DNA of 64,000 nucleotides from a virus (Duplodnaviria; Caudoviricetes): IMG/VR virus record IMGVR_UViG_2811995334_000013, positions 342 to 64,341 of that record; one strand, 5' to 3'. Shown piece by piece: positions 63,746 to 64,000 of this stretch (position 1 is its first letter; each line of letters starts with the position of its first letter). The notes under the pieces were generated by a model. It saw only the letters and a program-made list of their open reading frames with translations, ran no database searches and was not told where the DNA came from. The position numbers and the translations under genes were made by a program.

Positions 63746-64000
63746 CTATGCGCCCGCGTCGCCGGCCAGTTCCGAATCGACCGCGCGGCGCGCCGCGTCG
63801 AAGCCCCGCTCGATCACCCGGCGCTCGGTCAGCAGCAGCCCGTCGACCTTCACGAGCCGCCAATCGATCCGCACCGCGTCGCCTTGCAGCACGCGGTAAT
63901 GCACGTGTTCGCCGTCCCAGACCTGCTCGGTCTTCACTTCGATCTCGAAACCGCGGTACGGCTCGCTGTAGTCGCCGAGATCGCTGCCCCTCAGTTCCAT
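63746..64000 (-). CDS. Small conserved hypothetical protein
   Basis: 84 aa ORF starting at the window edge, host-like codon usage. Confidence 0.55.
   Translation of the reverse strand: MELRGSDLGDYSEPYRGFEIEVKTEQVWDGEHVHYRVLQGDAVRIDWRLVKVDGLLLTERRVIERGFDAARRAVDSELAGDAGA

Overview
The window is Burkholderia-like (high GC; dusA next to tRNA-His) and is dominated by an apparently complete ~58.3 kb temperate myovirus prophage. It is bounded by a 50-bp direct repeat of the tRNA-His 3' end (4212-4261 and 62506-62555). Minus strand: Q-like regulator, terminase, DUF1073 portal, MuF, DUF2213 protease, DUF2184 capsid, DUF3383 sheath, baseplate, tail fibre and holin/endolysin/spanin genes. Centre: a lambdoid cI/cro switch with readable operators, and a DUF1376 initiator carrying internal iterons. 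Plus strand: an early operon with recombination and DNA-modification genes ending in an intact tyrosine integrase. Left of the prophage (about 500-4210) lies the remnant of an older element at the same tRNA, with a dead integrase and accessory genes. Most notable: (1) a perfect PIP/hrpII-box-controlled candidate type III effector with ADP-ribosyltransferase-like motifs; (2) a prophage toxin-immunity pair behind the lysis genes; (3) a cI lacking a self-cleavage domain, facing a LexA-boxed gene (candidate antirepressor); (4) a ~600-nt ORF-poor, densely structured leader with boxA after pL; (5) a LexA-boxed SRAP plus solo nucleotidyltransferase operon; (6) a C5 methyltransferase with six tandem TRD-like repeats. 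All family assignments come from motif recognition and synteny by eye; no searches were run.
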